Shown here piece after piece: positions 13,604-26,560 of a stretch of DNA of 64,000 nt. How positions within the stretch are numbered: position 1 is the first letter of the stretch; each line of letters begins with the position of its first letter. The DNA is from Octopus sinensis (lineage: Eukaryota), in NCBI RefSeq assembly GCF_006345805.1, contig NC_042999.1:122264001-122328000 (forward strand). Reading direction: 5' to 3'. The notes under the pieces were generated by a model that saw only the letters and a program-made list of their open reading frames with translations, was not told where the DNA came from and ran no database searches. The position numbers and the translations under genes were made by a program.

Positions 13604-15087
13604 GTATGTGGCATTGTTTTGATAATTAATGAGTTATATATAATTTTCTTTGTTGTAGAATAAAATTTAGCATAATAAAAATGTTTTAATTTTGTACACA
13701 AATCTTAAAATTTATATTTCCATTTTTATATGCTTCCCAAATGAACATGTGTTGTACATATGTGTAAATTAAACATACACACATATATATATATATACAT
13801 TTGTGTGTGTGTAACACTATGTTTAATATTTGATAAGAAACAAAGCCTTTAATTTATCTTTCTAAAGACAGAATTACTTCTTAATTATGATTGTTTTAAA
13901 AATATATTATATACATTTTTCCCTTAGTGTGTATGGTATGATCAAAATATAAATCAAAATATTTTTAACTAATTTGCATGCCTAAAAGAAAGCGGAAGAG
14001 AGAAAGAGAGAAAGAAAGAGGAAATGAAAAAGGAGAAAATAAATGTATATTTCTTACGTGTTTGTTTATTTATACATACATATATGTTCTCAGTTGTGTG
14101 TGTGTGTATGTGTGTGTTTGTATATATGTATTGGCATATATTTATCTAAATATTTATTTGTACGTATGTAACTGTGTGTGTATATATATGTGTGTGTTTG
14201 TTATGTGTTTATACATGTGTGTGTGTGTGTTTGTTATGTGTTTACGTACATGTAGACTAGTAAACATGCATTCATATATTCATTCATATAAACATGTGTC
14301 ATAATAGCTGTATGTAAGCTATAGATTTACGTAAACGACAACTACATACTACATATAAACAACCATATGGATGCATAGGTTTAGTGAAATTGATAAAATA
14401 ATAAATGAGTAGCTAGATTAAGAAAATTTGACGTTTATGTCTTATATTTAATATAGATAAAAATGAGGTTACCAAAGCAAATTTACACAGAAGCAATCTT
14501 AGAGTTTTTCCTTAGTGAAAATTTATTGTGTCTGGCTGTTGCTGTCAATATTTACCAGACACTAGATACTTTCATTATATGTGCTGGTCTATCACAGCAA
14601 GACTATATACTCTCCCTTCATCTAACATTTCATTTTTCCTTATTGAATAAGCACCACATGCAAAGGAAGAAATTCATGTGATAAAATCAGTTGGTTAAAT
14701 ATACCTGTGATATTGTTAAACAAAAAAAAAGAAGAAAAAAATGCAGATGTATCAGCTTTTGCTCATTTTTCATTATTATTTATTTAGGATAATTACATTT
14801 ACAAACATTAGAATATAAGTATCATTTCCTAAGCATAGTCAGCTAATTCTTTTTCTTTTTTAAAATCATGTATTTTTTAAAACAATATAGTGAACTCTAC
14901 TCAGACTTTACTAGGAAATATTCAGAATTTCTAATATTAAATGGGCATGATTACAATCTTTTCCCTCCTTTCTTTTTCTTTGATACCAGATGTCTTCAAT
15001 AAGGGAACTGATATATAAAATTGCACTCATTAGTCATAAAAATGCATCAGTAACATTCACTGTCTATATCAACATTAAAGGCTTCTC

Positions 15088-15308
15088 AAGGTGGTGAGCT
15101 GGTAGACACGTTGGCTTGCCGGGTGAAATGCTTAACAGTATTTTGTCTGTCTTTATGTTCTGAGTTCAAATTCCACTGAGGTTGACTTTGCCTTTCATTC
15201 TTTCAGGGTTGATAAATTAAGTACCAGTTGCATACTGGGGTCGATCTAATCGACTGGCCCTTTCCCCAAAAATTTCGGGCCTTGTGCCTAGAGTAGAAAA
15301 GAATATTG
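15088..15308 (+). mobile_element. MetaSINE-like tRNA-derived SINE with 10-bp TSD
   Basis: ggtggtgagctggtaga head, ttctgagttcaaattcc B-box, and gactttgcctttcattctttcagggttgataaattaagtaccag (similar to the Meta/Sauria SINE domain). TSD aaggcttctc at 15078-15087 and 15309-15318. Confidence 0.85.
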
Positions 15309-16014
15309 AAGGCTTCTCCAAGAAAAGTCACAGAAATACATATTGATAGTTATTAAGTAGCACCAGTATAATGGTCTTGTACACTGTTATTAACTGAATA
15401 TTTTTCTCCCTTTGCAGAAATTTAGGCTTTATTTACTTCAAAGTGATTGACTTAAAGAGCTAAATATTTAACTTTGAGGATATTAATCTTTTAAAAATTT
15501 TTCTTAAGTAGAATTAGACTATATTTAACAATCATACAGAACATACTTTGAATCATTATTATTTTTTATCTCTTTCTCATCAACCCATATACATAATTCT
15601 ATCTTAGTATAAATATGATTTTTCATATAAAGTTTCAGATTAAGTTACATTGTGGTTTTACTTATTAATCGCCAAATCAGTCTTCTGGTATATTTATACA
15701 CCCTCAAAGATTCATTTTCATTCTTTTTTTCAGATTTTTCTCCTATGTTACAATTAGTATATACTTAACAAGGAAAAAAGGGAATCACTTTCAGATTTAA
15801 AAATCCTGTTCCTATGAGAATCTAATATTGAATATTGAGTCAAGTTTTTCATTCATCAATCAAAACTTCAAGAGGTTCATTCTGAGTAATATAATGATTT
15901 TTTTAAAAGATGAAAGTAACTTTAGTCTTGTGAATAAATGATTTAATATGTTATAAAATATATATGAAAAAAGAAATAAAGAAATTTGAAAAAAAATTAA
16001 TTTATATTAATCAG

Positions 16015-16073
16015 GCTTTTAAGAAATGTAAAAGATAAGTTAAATTTCAGAATGCTGATTATCAAAGATGTAG
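16015..16073 (+). CDS. Candidate exon of an unidentified multi-exon gene (LLRNVKDKLNFRMLIIKDV)
   Basis: tttatattaatcag| ... GTAG|gtatta; phase 2->1; joins in frame to 17474. Confidence 0.45.
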
Positions 16074-16644
16074 GTATTAAATGTAAACCACAGAGATTAT
16101 AGTACATACAATTTCTTTATTAGTGTCATTGTAGATAAAGAAATACAAGCTGAGACTTTAGTACTTGATAAAAAGAAATCAAGAATAAAAAACTGAGTCA
16201 GTGAAATTCATTTATAATTATCACCTGTAGAATCTTTCATCTCCCTCCTCCTAATCAGCATTGTCATTATCATCATCTTCATCATTGTCACCTTATCAGT
16301 GATGTTATCATTATCATTGCCATCATCATCATCATCATCAACACCACCACTCTCATCTCAAAAGTCATAATGATCATGATCTATTTAGCTGATTCAGATG
16401 TATAGCACAATGTATTTAGTAAATCCATATGTAAAGGGAAATTGAATATATAGAGATTGATCTACTACAGAGAATAGTTACATGAAACACTGAAGAGCCT
16501 TTAAATTCCTTCTTACTTGTAATATATATAATGGCTGAGGTCCCATGGTTTGTATCTGACCCTCAATATTGCTTTTTGCTATTTCATAACTGAACATAAT
16601 CATTTCAATATTGCTATTTCATAACTGAACATAATCATTAACAT

Positions 16645-16804
16645 AGGCACAGGTGTGGCTGTGTGGTAAGAAGCTTGCTTCTCAACCACATGGTTTCAGG
16701 TTCAGTCACACTTCATACACCTTGGACAAGTGTCTTCTACTATAGCCTCAGGCCAACCTGAGAATGAATTTGATAGATGGAAACTGAAAAAAAAAACCGC
16801 ACTG

Positions 16805-16841
<37 letters not shown>

Positions 16842-17030
16842 CTTTGTGTCTGTTTTTGTCGCCCTCCACCACTTGACAACCGGTGTTGGTGTGTTTACTT
16901 GTAACCTAGCAGTTTGGCAAAAGAATAAGTACGAGGGCTGAGATCGATTCATTCGACTAAAGAATTCTTTAAGTTGGTACCCTAGTGTGGCTACAGTCTA
17001 ATGAATGAAACATGTAAAAGATAAAAGAAT
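16645..17030 (+). mobile_element. CORE-SINE (OR2-like), full length
   Basis: Homologous to 9919-10328 throughout. Confidence 0.8.
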
Positions 17031-17473
17031 AAAAAAAAAATCAACATTTGATTAGGTTTAACTGGAGTCTGTGTCAAAAACTGTTTATTAATAAAAAGTA
17101 AAAAATAAAGTATTTTGATTTGCTACAGAGGAAATGCCTTGCTTTAGATAGAAAGACATCTGCTTGAGCTGCCAAGCTACTTCCTTTCCTATAAACAAAG
17201 AAGCTTACCTCAATATTTACATTTCTGTCATACTGTTTTATTTTGCCCAGCTTAAAGAGGTGCCATTGGGAAATGAAACACTGTCAGCAGAAATTACTTT
17301 GTATAGTTGATCTGTAATTCATTAGTTCACTGTATGGACTATTGAATAATAAATGTAACTACTATCAATAAGTGCAGACTCCCTTACAGATCAAGACATT
17401 CACTTGCACTTGATTGATGACTGTAGCCAGTCCATTTACAAAAATAATGTCATTTCCATTTAATTTTCTGCAG

Positions 17474-17540
17474 AAGCCCTAAACATCATACTCAGGAAAT
17501 GCAATGAGAAATCACTCAACTTTTATGAAATCCTTGTGAA
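17474..17540 (+). CDS. Candidate exon (EALNIILRKCNEKSLNFYEILVK)
   Basis: Strong acceptor catttccatttaattttctgcag| and strong donor |gtgagt; open in phase 1->2; joins both neighbours in frame. Confidence 0.6.
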
Positions 17541-17696
17541 GTGAGTAATCATTTCAGTAATTGAGTATAGTAATACTCACTATCTTTTCAGTGTCACTAT
17601 TACTCTGATGTAATAAAAAGCTATAACTGAAAAAAAGACAAGCTTTTCAAAATAAAGAGCAAGACTCTTATATAAGATGACAGTGGGTCACATAAG

Positions 17697-18093
17697 ATTG
17701 GTTTCAAATTTTGGGCACAGAGCCAGGATTTTAGGGGAGGGGTAAGTCAGTTTAATCGACCTGTGTACTCAATTGTTACTTATTCTATTCTATCACAAAA
17801 GGGATGAAAAATCAGCTTCAGTCGAATTTGAACTCAAAATATAAAGACAGACGAAATACCTATTTCTTTATTGCCCACAAGGGGCTAAACATAGAGGGAA
17901 CAAACAAGGACAGACAAAGGGATTAAGTCGATTACATCAACCCCAGTGCATAACTGGTACTTAATTTATTGACCCCGAAAGGATGAAAGGCAAAGTCGAC
18001 CCCAGCGGAATTTGAACTCAGAATGTAACGGCAGACGAAATACCACTAAGCATTTTGTCTGGCATGCTAGTGATTCTGCCAGCTCACTGCCTT
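17697..18093 (-). mobile_element. MetaSINE-like dimer (full copy plus headless second body)
   Basis: A full copy runs 18093->17862, then restarts at ggtatttcgtctg with a different tail subtype. Confidence 0.85.
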
Positions 18094-20069
18094 AGTGGGT
18101 CACATAATATTGTATTTGAACTGTGTAACAGCTATTGATGACAAGTATTTTTTGCCTGTTAAAAAAAAAAACATAGCTTTCTATCTTGAAGTAACTTTTA
18201 CAAGAAACTTCCAGTTGACAGGTAAAAGTACTTGGTTCCAGTATGATGTAACAAAAGAATCCTTTTCCGGAATGCTACAACAAGCCAAGTTTGAGTATAT
18301 CTATACACATGACAAAATAGTTAAATATGCCCAATGAAAAATAGGAAAAAGTTGATCAGTTAGACTAAGAAGAAATGTTAGCTATAAATATCTGAGACAG
18401 TTGTTGAAATTAGTAGAGCAACTATACTCTAAAACCAAAAACACTTGCACAGTAATATAGCAGCTTAGAAGTCTGACAATGTTAGTAAGGAGTAACAAAG
18501 ACTAATCAATATAATATGAACATTAGATAAAATATATTGATATAACAAAATAATTTATAAAAACACAAGCCTGGAAACAGAGGAAACATTTTTGTAAGGC
18601 TTGGAAAGTAGATGTGTAGCTGCTAGGGTTGAACCTAGTGAAGATACTATAGTGATGAGGTCAATAATGATATAAATAAGAATAAATGTATTAAAAGAAT
18701 TCAGGCAAATGACCCAGAAGTTATATAAATGTTAAAGCCAAAAGCAATCTATGAAAGAAAGTTTATTCAATTCATGTATGACATTGTCCGACAGTTCTAC
18801 AAATATTAGTCCTTTGATAACCTTGTTTAACACTTGTTATGTTTTGGATTAAAATAGCATCTTGTATGTATTAGAAACATTGCTTTATATATTCACCCTT
18901 ATCAAAATCAATAATGGATTTCCTGTGAGGAGGTCATTTGAAAGTATTATAACAAATAAAAAGCTGACTTTTGTTGAACTTCATTATTGAAGGGCAGGAA
19001 TATTCTTGAATTTCTGAGATGAGATAAATGATAGAATCTTTTAAATAAGGCAGTATTTTTGAAATATCTAAATCTAAAATGAAAGCAAACATTTTGTATC
19101 ATCTGTAAAAGGAAAGTAAAGAGTATTTATGAAGAAATGTTGCATTTAATATTTAATAAGATAATTTTTATTTTTGATATTTATTTTTATCAGATTATGA
19201 TAAAAGGATAAGTAGTACAATGATGATTAATATATTTTTTCTTTGATTGTACAAACCACAACAATATTAGTGATATTTTCTTGAACCTCTATCTCAATAT
19301 TATTAAAGAGATGACAAAATCAGTTTTGTATCCCTATAAACCTTTCTTCAGCAGCATATTTGGTAGGTTTTAAAGTAGGAAATCTTAGCTTTATTAAACA
19401 TAGCAAATTATCCACTCCTTATTCTATCTTCACTGGACCCCTAGGGATCCTCCCCCATCCCCATGAGAAATACAGCTTTAGATAGTTATTGGCAGTATAC
19501 AATAAATAATAGTTGGAAATAGCAATGAAATAACTGACATAAAGTGTTTAGTAAAAATTGTTTAAGGTGCTAATTGAGCACTAAGGTGCAATTAAAATAT
19601 TTATGAAAAGTATAATTAATATGTTTTAAAAAAAGCAAATCATTTCAAATACCTTAAATACTTGTACAATAAATGAGGTATTTGGTATATGAACATTAGT
19701 TTCCAATTTAAGTGAACCACATAAACAAACCAGCTACTTTTAAAAACAGACATGTTTCCATATATAAAGGCATTTTTGAAAATGGCTGTCACTGTGTTAA
19801 TGCTAATTTACCAAACTTATGTGTAAAGTGACACTTTATTATTAGGGAGGAAAATAAAAAAAAAGTAATAATTGACTCATAATGTGTCTAAACATAAAAC
19901 TTACCTATGAAGGAGGGTTTGTCATTCAACATCGACTGTTGGATTTGCTATTAAATGAGTCATCAAAGAAGTATGTTTAAACTTACAGGTTAATACTACA
20001 TATTTGTTTCAATCAGAAGAAAAATTTCAGCTCAAGCTTGCTAAACTTTAGAAAGCTTTTCTCAAGTAC

Positions 20070-20119
20070 TTATTCAATATAGAGTAACTACCATATGGTA
20101 GTTACTCTATATTGAATAA
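20070..20119. repeat. Perfect 50-bp palindrome
   Basis: ttattcaatatagagtaactaccatatggtagttactctatattgaataa equals its own reverse complement. Confidence 0.95.
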
Positions 20120-20151
20120 TGCTTTAATTTTGATATTTTTATAAAATTAAG

Positions 20152-20233
20152 AGGTTCCACTTGGAGGAAGAAGAGTGAAGACCTGAAAAGTACAGAAGAA
20201 ATAGAAGCCAAGACAACAAAGTGTGAATTACGG
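20152..20233 (+). CDS. Candidate exon (GSTWRKKSEDLKSTEEIEAKTTKCELR)
   Basis: ataaaattaag| ... CGG|gtaaaa; purine-rich and coding-like; phase 2->0; in frame with 17474-17540. Confidence 0.5.
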
Positions 20234-20574
20234 GTAAAAGACATTGTCTTGTTGCAATCAGTTGTCTTTTATCAATGATGACGATCAAAAGGAGTTAAAT
20301 AGATAGTGGTATTTTCAGCAAATATTGCAGGTTACTATTAGAAAGAGCATCTTGATTCTTGTGTTATAATGTTATCAAGAGGACATTATATGTGCAGATG
20401 GGTATAAAACAACAAATATTCAAAACAGACAGTAAAATTATGTAACTAAATGCTGCAAGGCATATAAACAAGACACATTTAGTCTTCCATACATTTCACT
20501 CAGATTAAAAGATGGCTACATCTCTTGCTCCAAATTTACAACTCAGTGGCTGAATGAATGAATTAAAACATCTT

Positions 20575-20593
20575 TCTCTCTCTCTCCTTCCTC

Positions 20594-20649
<56 letters not shown>

Positions 20650-20650
20650 A
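20575..20650. repeat. (CT)n + (CTAT)n microsatellite
   Basis: Direct reading. Confidence 0.9.
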
Positions 20651-21410
20651 TATACAATATGAGTGCCTTATTAGCAATTTAATAACCTATGGCAAATTTA
20701 TAGACGTCACTAACATGTCAGAGAGTATGAAGTGGTACCAGCATTGCTACATATAAATATAATACATTAAAAGTCAGCTTGAATCTTACTTGCTTGCTTG
20801 TAATGTTACCCAGCCAAACTGGTGCATAATGGGAAAATACTATGAAATAAGTCTACCCTGAAATGTAAATACGAATGGAATAAAATAGGTTTTGCTTAAA
20901 TCAGACAAGTAGTTTTTGAGATATTAGAGGTTTTCGGGGTATAAATACTCAAAATGGTGCATAATGGGAAAATATTTTTAAAATAATCTTAATCATGAAA
21001 GGGAAGAAACTCTTATCTTTCGAGTAGACACAGTGACTTGACAACAGAAAAATACGATTTGTTTTTTAACAGTAAATGTTTCTAGTTTCACTTTTGTTAA
21101 ACACAATATCTGAATCATTTAGAAATATTTTTAAGTGAATGTGATTTCAAAAATGTAAGTTGTTTGTACAGTAAGTATCTATATTTTAGCTTTCTTTAAA
21201 CAGACAATATTTTAGTGTTTTTTTTTAAAATCATTTTCAAGTGAATACCATTACAAAAATATTTTTGGCATACTTAAAAAAAAATATTTTAAAGTGAAAA
21301 GGACTTTAAAAAATATTGTAAATACTTCATAAAAGACCCGTTTGTAACCTCAGTGTGAAATAGTTTTTTCCATAGATATTTTTCAAGTGCATTAAATGTA
21401 TCTCTCCTCA

Positions 21411-21528
21411 AAAGATTTGGATGCTATTTCTAGCATGCCTGCTACCATGTAACAGCTATTTCAGATAAAGGACCTGAAATATCTGCTACATGGTACCAGA
21501 GCATGCAAGAAATAGCAACCAAATCTTT
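21411..21528. repeat. Fold-back hairpin element, arms about 55 bp
   Basis: aaagatttggatgctatttctagcatgcctgctaccatgtaacagctatttcag / loop ataaaggac / ctgaaatatctgctacatggtaccagagcatgcaagaaatagcaaccaaatcttt. Confidence 0.9.
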
Positions 21529-21683
21529 CTTCTTCTGTAGAAAGGAGCCATTTACATGTGATTTCTATGTCATATTCGTTGAAAGCATGAGAAATAACCT
21601 GGAAAAAAGAAATAACCCACAATACAAAACTGAGTTGCTGGGAAACTCAGAGTTACCTGGTAACCCAATAGGTGACAGGTAGT

Positions 21684-21729
<46 letters not shown>

Positions 21730-21732
<3 letters not shown>

Positions 21733-22075
21733 TTGGAGCCTAGTGCAGCCTCCCGGCTTGCCTGTCATTATTCATACCATCCAACCCATGCCAGCATGGA
21801 AAGTGGTCATTAAATGATGATGATGATGATACAGGCACACACACATACATATATATATGTATACATAGATGCATATAAATGTTACACAAGTATGCAGACA
21901 GATACAAATATGGATATGTGCTGGCGTTAGGAAGGGCATCCAGCTGTAGAAACATTGCCAGATAAGACCGGAGCCTGGTGCAGCCTTCTGGCTTCCCAGA
22001 TCCCCGGTCGAACCGTCCAACCCATGCTAGCATGGAGAACGGACGTTAAACGATGATGATGATGATGCATATACA
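21730..22075. mobile_element. Two RTE-tailed SINE 3' ends with (gat)n tails
   Basis: gcatggaaagtggtcattaaatgatgatg and ggcgttaggaagggcatccagc...gcatggagaacggacgttaaacgatgatgatg. Confidence 0.75.
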
Positions 22076-22559
22076 GAAGTACACACAGTAGCATGGGATT
22101 TCTTTGGTTTGTGTGTGTGTGCATGCATGCTCACATATACATCACAAATATTATGATTACTTTCACTTCCCCATTTTATGTGCTGGCATGGGTTGAAGAA
22201 GAGTTATTTTCTACACCCTTCTTGATATCATCTCTTACTTTCTTTGCAAGGAATAATTTTTTATCTACTAGTCTTCACGCAATAAAGATATCACTAAGTG
22301 AGAGGATATACTGGTTGCAAGAACAAGAGATGTAAGTATTTTCAACATTTTCACTCACACAGTGAAAAGGCGAATATGGGAAAACTCTTATGGTTGTGTA
22401 CATATGCATGCACACAAATACGTGTCCATATATATTGCTAAACTAAATCATGGGATGTTTGGAAAGAGTTATAGCTCAATTGATTAGGAACACCGTTAGC
22501 TTAGATAAGATGCAGTTTGATTGTTGTACTAAGAAGAATTACTACTGATGCTATTTCAT

Positions 22560-22885
22560 TTGCAAATCAGCTGCAGGAGAAATGTTTAGCTAGCATTTGG
22601 TGACCTGAAGAAAGCCTTTGTTAGGGTCTCTGACTCTATGATCTGGTGGTCATTGGGAAAACTTGTGAATAAGTGGTTTGTGAGAAGCCTTGTACAGGGG
22701 TGCTGTGAGCAAGGTGAGAGTTAGTAATGAATACAGCGATGAATTTAATGTATATGTAGGGGCAACAGAGCTCATTTTTCAGTCCTCTTCTATTTATCAA
22801 AATTTCCTAGGTCATAATGGAGGAGTTTAAGCTTGGATGCTTGTGAGAACTCCTTTATGCCGAGGACTCTGTTCTCATAGTTAAA
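22560..22885 (+). mobile_element. Decayed RTE reverse-transcriptase fragment
   Basis: Reads QLQEKCL..FGDLKKAFVRVSDSMIWWSL..KVRVSNEYSDEFNVYVG..ELLYAEDSVLI, matching RTE DLEKAFDRV and LLYADD motifs, with stops and frameshifts. Confidence 0.75.
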
Positions 22886-23369
22886 TAAAGATGTATATAC
22901 ACACACACACACACACAAATATCTCCTGCTTTTATTCCAGACCAGTAAAGCCTTTATGATGTGGTAAACTGAAAGAAGTCTGTATTATATGATTATACAC
23001 ACACATACACATACACACACACACCACACACACACACACGTGTGTGTGTGTGTGTGTGTGTGCATAGCATGTGGAGTAAAAGATACTTTAATTGAAAAAT
23101 AGGTAAGGAGTGATGACAGATAGGGCAACTGACTGGGAAAACAATATCTTAATAAATATACTCATTGTGCCCTTCTTAGCATGAGCAAACAAATGTAAAA
23201 ATGAAAAATGATTTTATATATATATATATATTTACACACACACACACACACTTTTGTGTTTTCTATGTCAAGTTATTTATACAAACAATCTAATATTAAA
23301 CTGAAAGATAATTCAATACACTTTTGTAGACTTTGTGTTAATTAAATTTTTTCAAAGAAAAGGTCAATA

Positions 23370-24600
23370 GTAATTCACAGTTTCAGTTTTCTCACCTTCA
23401 TCAGATTACGCTTCACTTATGTTTTTATTGCAAGTTGTATTTTAGGTAGGTGGGGGCTACATGAAATGATAATTAGATATGATATAAGCAGACCAAGGGA
23501 GTAGTTGAGTAGGAAGAGGAAATTGAGAAAAATAGGAAGAAGTTATGTGTTTCTAGGCTATGGGTTGATAGAAATTTATAGTAAGGAAAGTTATTTGGTT
23601 TGATGTAGAAACTTAGTTATTCTTTACAATCCTTGTATAGAAAGTTGTTTTTGTAGTGTTTTAGGATTCAAAAACGAATGCTTGCAGATAAATTAATTTG
23701 TCACACAGCATAGGTTAGATTTTTATTAAATTCGGTGTATGTGCATATTTGTAGGTCAGTTGATTTTGGGATCTTAAAACGAATTGTAGTTTCTCAAATG
23801 TTTTGTAAATTTATTAAAATGCCTTACCAGTTTCACAATTTTATGCAATCTCAAAACCCAGGATAAATTACTTCCAGAACTTAAAAGTATATTACTCAAA
23901 ATACAATACCAGGTCACTTTAAGTAGTAATGAAATAAACTGCAAAAGCCATAGACAACCAAGAATTATGAAAAACAGGAAACACCCCTGATGCACTCAAT
24001 ATCTTACCAACTCAGGAGCCTAGAGACATGGGAGCATATAATACCATTCATTAGGATATGGGTCTTTTGATGAATGGCCCACAAATGGAAATGGAAAAAG
24101 CATCCAAAACACACTAAATAATTAAAAGCAAAAGGTGATCTAAGACTTTAAATACTTACTTACTGGTGCCAAATTACCCACCAAGAATACAGTCCCAATA
24201 GTCCAAAAGTGTGACTGTTCTAATTGTGGAATTTGTATCAACCACATGGAAAGCTTGAAATATGAATTTAAATCAGGACAAACATTTTCCATTAAAACTC
24301 ATTTCATCTGTGCATCATGAAATTTATGTTATCATATGAGATGGGCATGGTGAAGATTAGATAGGAAAAATGGGTCTAACTCTAAGAGACAAAAGGATTA
24401 TGCACGCCCAACAGATATAATAGCTCTGGACCAGAAACATAGCCATGAGTGAACATCTAGCTATTTTCCCAACAAAAACATTCCAAATATTAAATTTTCC
24501 CTTTATATCAATAAAAAGATCTCATTCAATTCTGATTAAATCATGAAAGTATGTTTACTAAGAAATATAAGCCAAAACTAAAAACTCTATAACAGCTCAA
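23370..24600 (+). mobile_element. Decayed Penelope-like element (GIY-YIG region on +) with inverted pLTR-like segment at 23370-23775
   Basis: 24201-24320 reads VQKCDCSNCGICINHMESLKYEFKSGQTFSIKTHFICAS*, homologous to the GIY-YIG ORF at 44169-44543. Confidence 0.7.
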
Positions 24601-25894
24601 TAGAATAAGGAAACATGATTTATTCATTAATCCCTACTAAAAGCAACCTGAAACAACAAAAATTATAAAGGAAAATCAAAAGTGAAGGTACCAGGTTTCT
24701 TCCAGGATTTGTAACTCTAACTTCGAACTACAATTTTGTTTTTGGCTTAAACTGGTCTCTCAGTTTTAAAAGAAAAAACAAATGATGCCTTTAAACATTC
24801 AACGAACTGTGACATCAGGAAAGCAAGTGAGATCTTGAGAGAATCAGCCAACTAGAATGTTGGACAACTGTCAGAAAAAAAAACAAAACAAGTGACTAAG
24901 TCACTTGACAAGAGAACAACATCTGTAGAAAAATCAACCAACCATAGTACTGGATTATTATTGGTGAAGAACAAAGTAATCAAAATAGTTGATGAACAAA
25001 TGACATCTCTAAACAGTCAACAAACCAGAATGCTGAACTACTTCTGAACCAAAATAAGTGACCAGAACATTTGATAAACAAATGAAGTGCTCAAGCAGTC
25101 AACCATCCAGATCACTACTCGAGAAGCAGACAGAAGTAAGTGATGTCTTTGAGTAAGTAATCCATCAGAATTTGAACCTATATATATATATATACACACC
25201 AAGCAATATTAGCTTGAAACAGTTCAAGTTTCCACCAGTAAAGCAAATGATGAACAGTTCTCCATTCAGTGCAACAGAACTTGTGAAAAGTTTTTCATAT
25301 TCTTTAAAATTCTCATCGTATCTAATTGCTAATGTAAGTTATCGCTTTGAAACCTGTTGAACTATCAATCATGTATGTCATGAAATTTATCAAATATTTG
25401 AACTTTTATCATGTCGTATTGCTGTAAGTTTTATTGAATACTTGAAATTTCATGAATATTCGATTTTTTTTTTTAGCATGTTTTATTGCTATGAAATTTT
25501 CTCCTGTGGTTTTGCTTATTTTTAAACCTTTATCTCATCTTATATATACCACTGAAACACAAAAAATGATAGTTACAACCAATTTGGTATTTCAATAAAT
25601 TTATAAACAAATTTGAAACCTGCGATTTGTTTAAAATCCAACTGCATTTTCAACCCCTAGACTAATTATCCTACATTTTTAAATGCAAAAAAGTAAACCA
25701 TTTTTCCTCTGTGTGTGTGTGTGTGTGTGTGTGTATACGGAGTCTATATTTAATATAATTTGTATTTACATGCATGCATTCCTGTATATGAGTATAGATA
25801 TTATACGTACATCACTTTTATTAGGGTGTGCAATTGAAGCTACAATACCTGAATGAGCTTTGTTGTGTTTGTGTACATTTTATATAGTTGTTTG

Positions 25895-25934
<40 letters not shown>

Positions 25935-26072
25935 CATCCATGTTGGTATATTTATATTGGTGCATATGAGTGCAAATATGTGTTTATGTAAATTTACATA
26001 TACATGAATGGGCAAATGTATATATGTGGGTGAATATGTATGTGTATTGCTATATCTATATATTATTTATAG

Positions 26073-26127
26073 GTGGATTTACTTTGTGTAAAATGCACAT
26101 TCTTTGTGTATTCCTCTCGATGTATAG
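26073..26127 (+). CDS. Candidate exon (two open frames: VDLLCVKCTFFVYSSRCI or GGFTLCKMHILCVFLSMYR)
   Basis: tattatttatag| acceptor and ATAG|gtaaca donor; frame ambiguous. Confidence 0.35.
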
Positions 26128-26159
26128 GTAACATTATGGAATTGCATAAAGGCTTGTCT

Positions 26160-26560
26160 ATATCATCATCATCATCATCATCTAACATCTGCTTTCCATG
26201 CTGGCAAAGGTTAACTGAAAACTGTTAAGCTGGGGAGCTACACCTGGTTCCATTCTGATTTGGCAAGGTTTTGATGGCTTGGTGCCCTTCCTAATGTCAA
26301 CCAATCTAAGAGTGTAGTGGGTGTCTTTTACATGCCACCGGCACAGGTGCCATTGACCTCACACCAGAACTGGCCACAACTACGGTCTCCCTTGGTTTGA
26401 CAGGTCTACAGAAGTATGGTATATTGCCAAAGGTTTTGGTCACTTGTCACTGCCTCCATGAGACCCAATGTTTGAACGGTGCTTTTTACGCATCAGTCAG
26501 ACAGCTCTGGCATCAGCCATGACTACAATTTCACTCAGCTCGACAAGTCTTCTACAATAA
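26160..26560 (-). mobile_element. RTE-tailed repeat
   Basis: (cat)n-ctgctttccatgctggc...ggtgcccttcctaatgtcaacc motif family. Confidence 0.65.

Noticed and set aside
17209-17280. Minus-strand exon candidate CFISQWHLFKLGKIKQYDRNVNIE (also 19905-19947, QIQQSMLNDKPSFI)
   Set aside because: Good donors but modest acceptors; no consistent minus-strand exon chain could be built.
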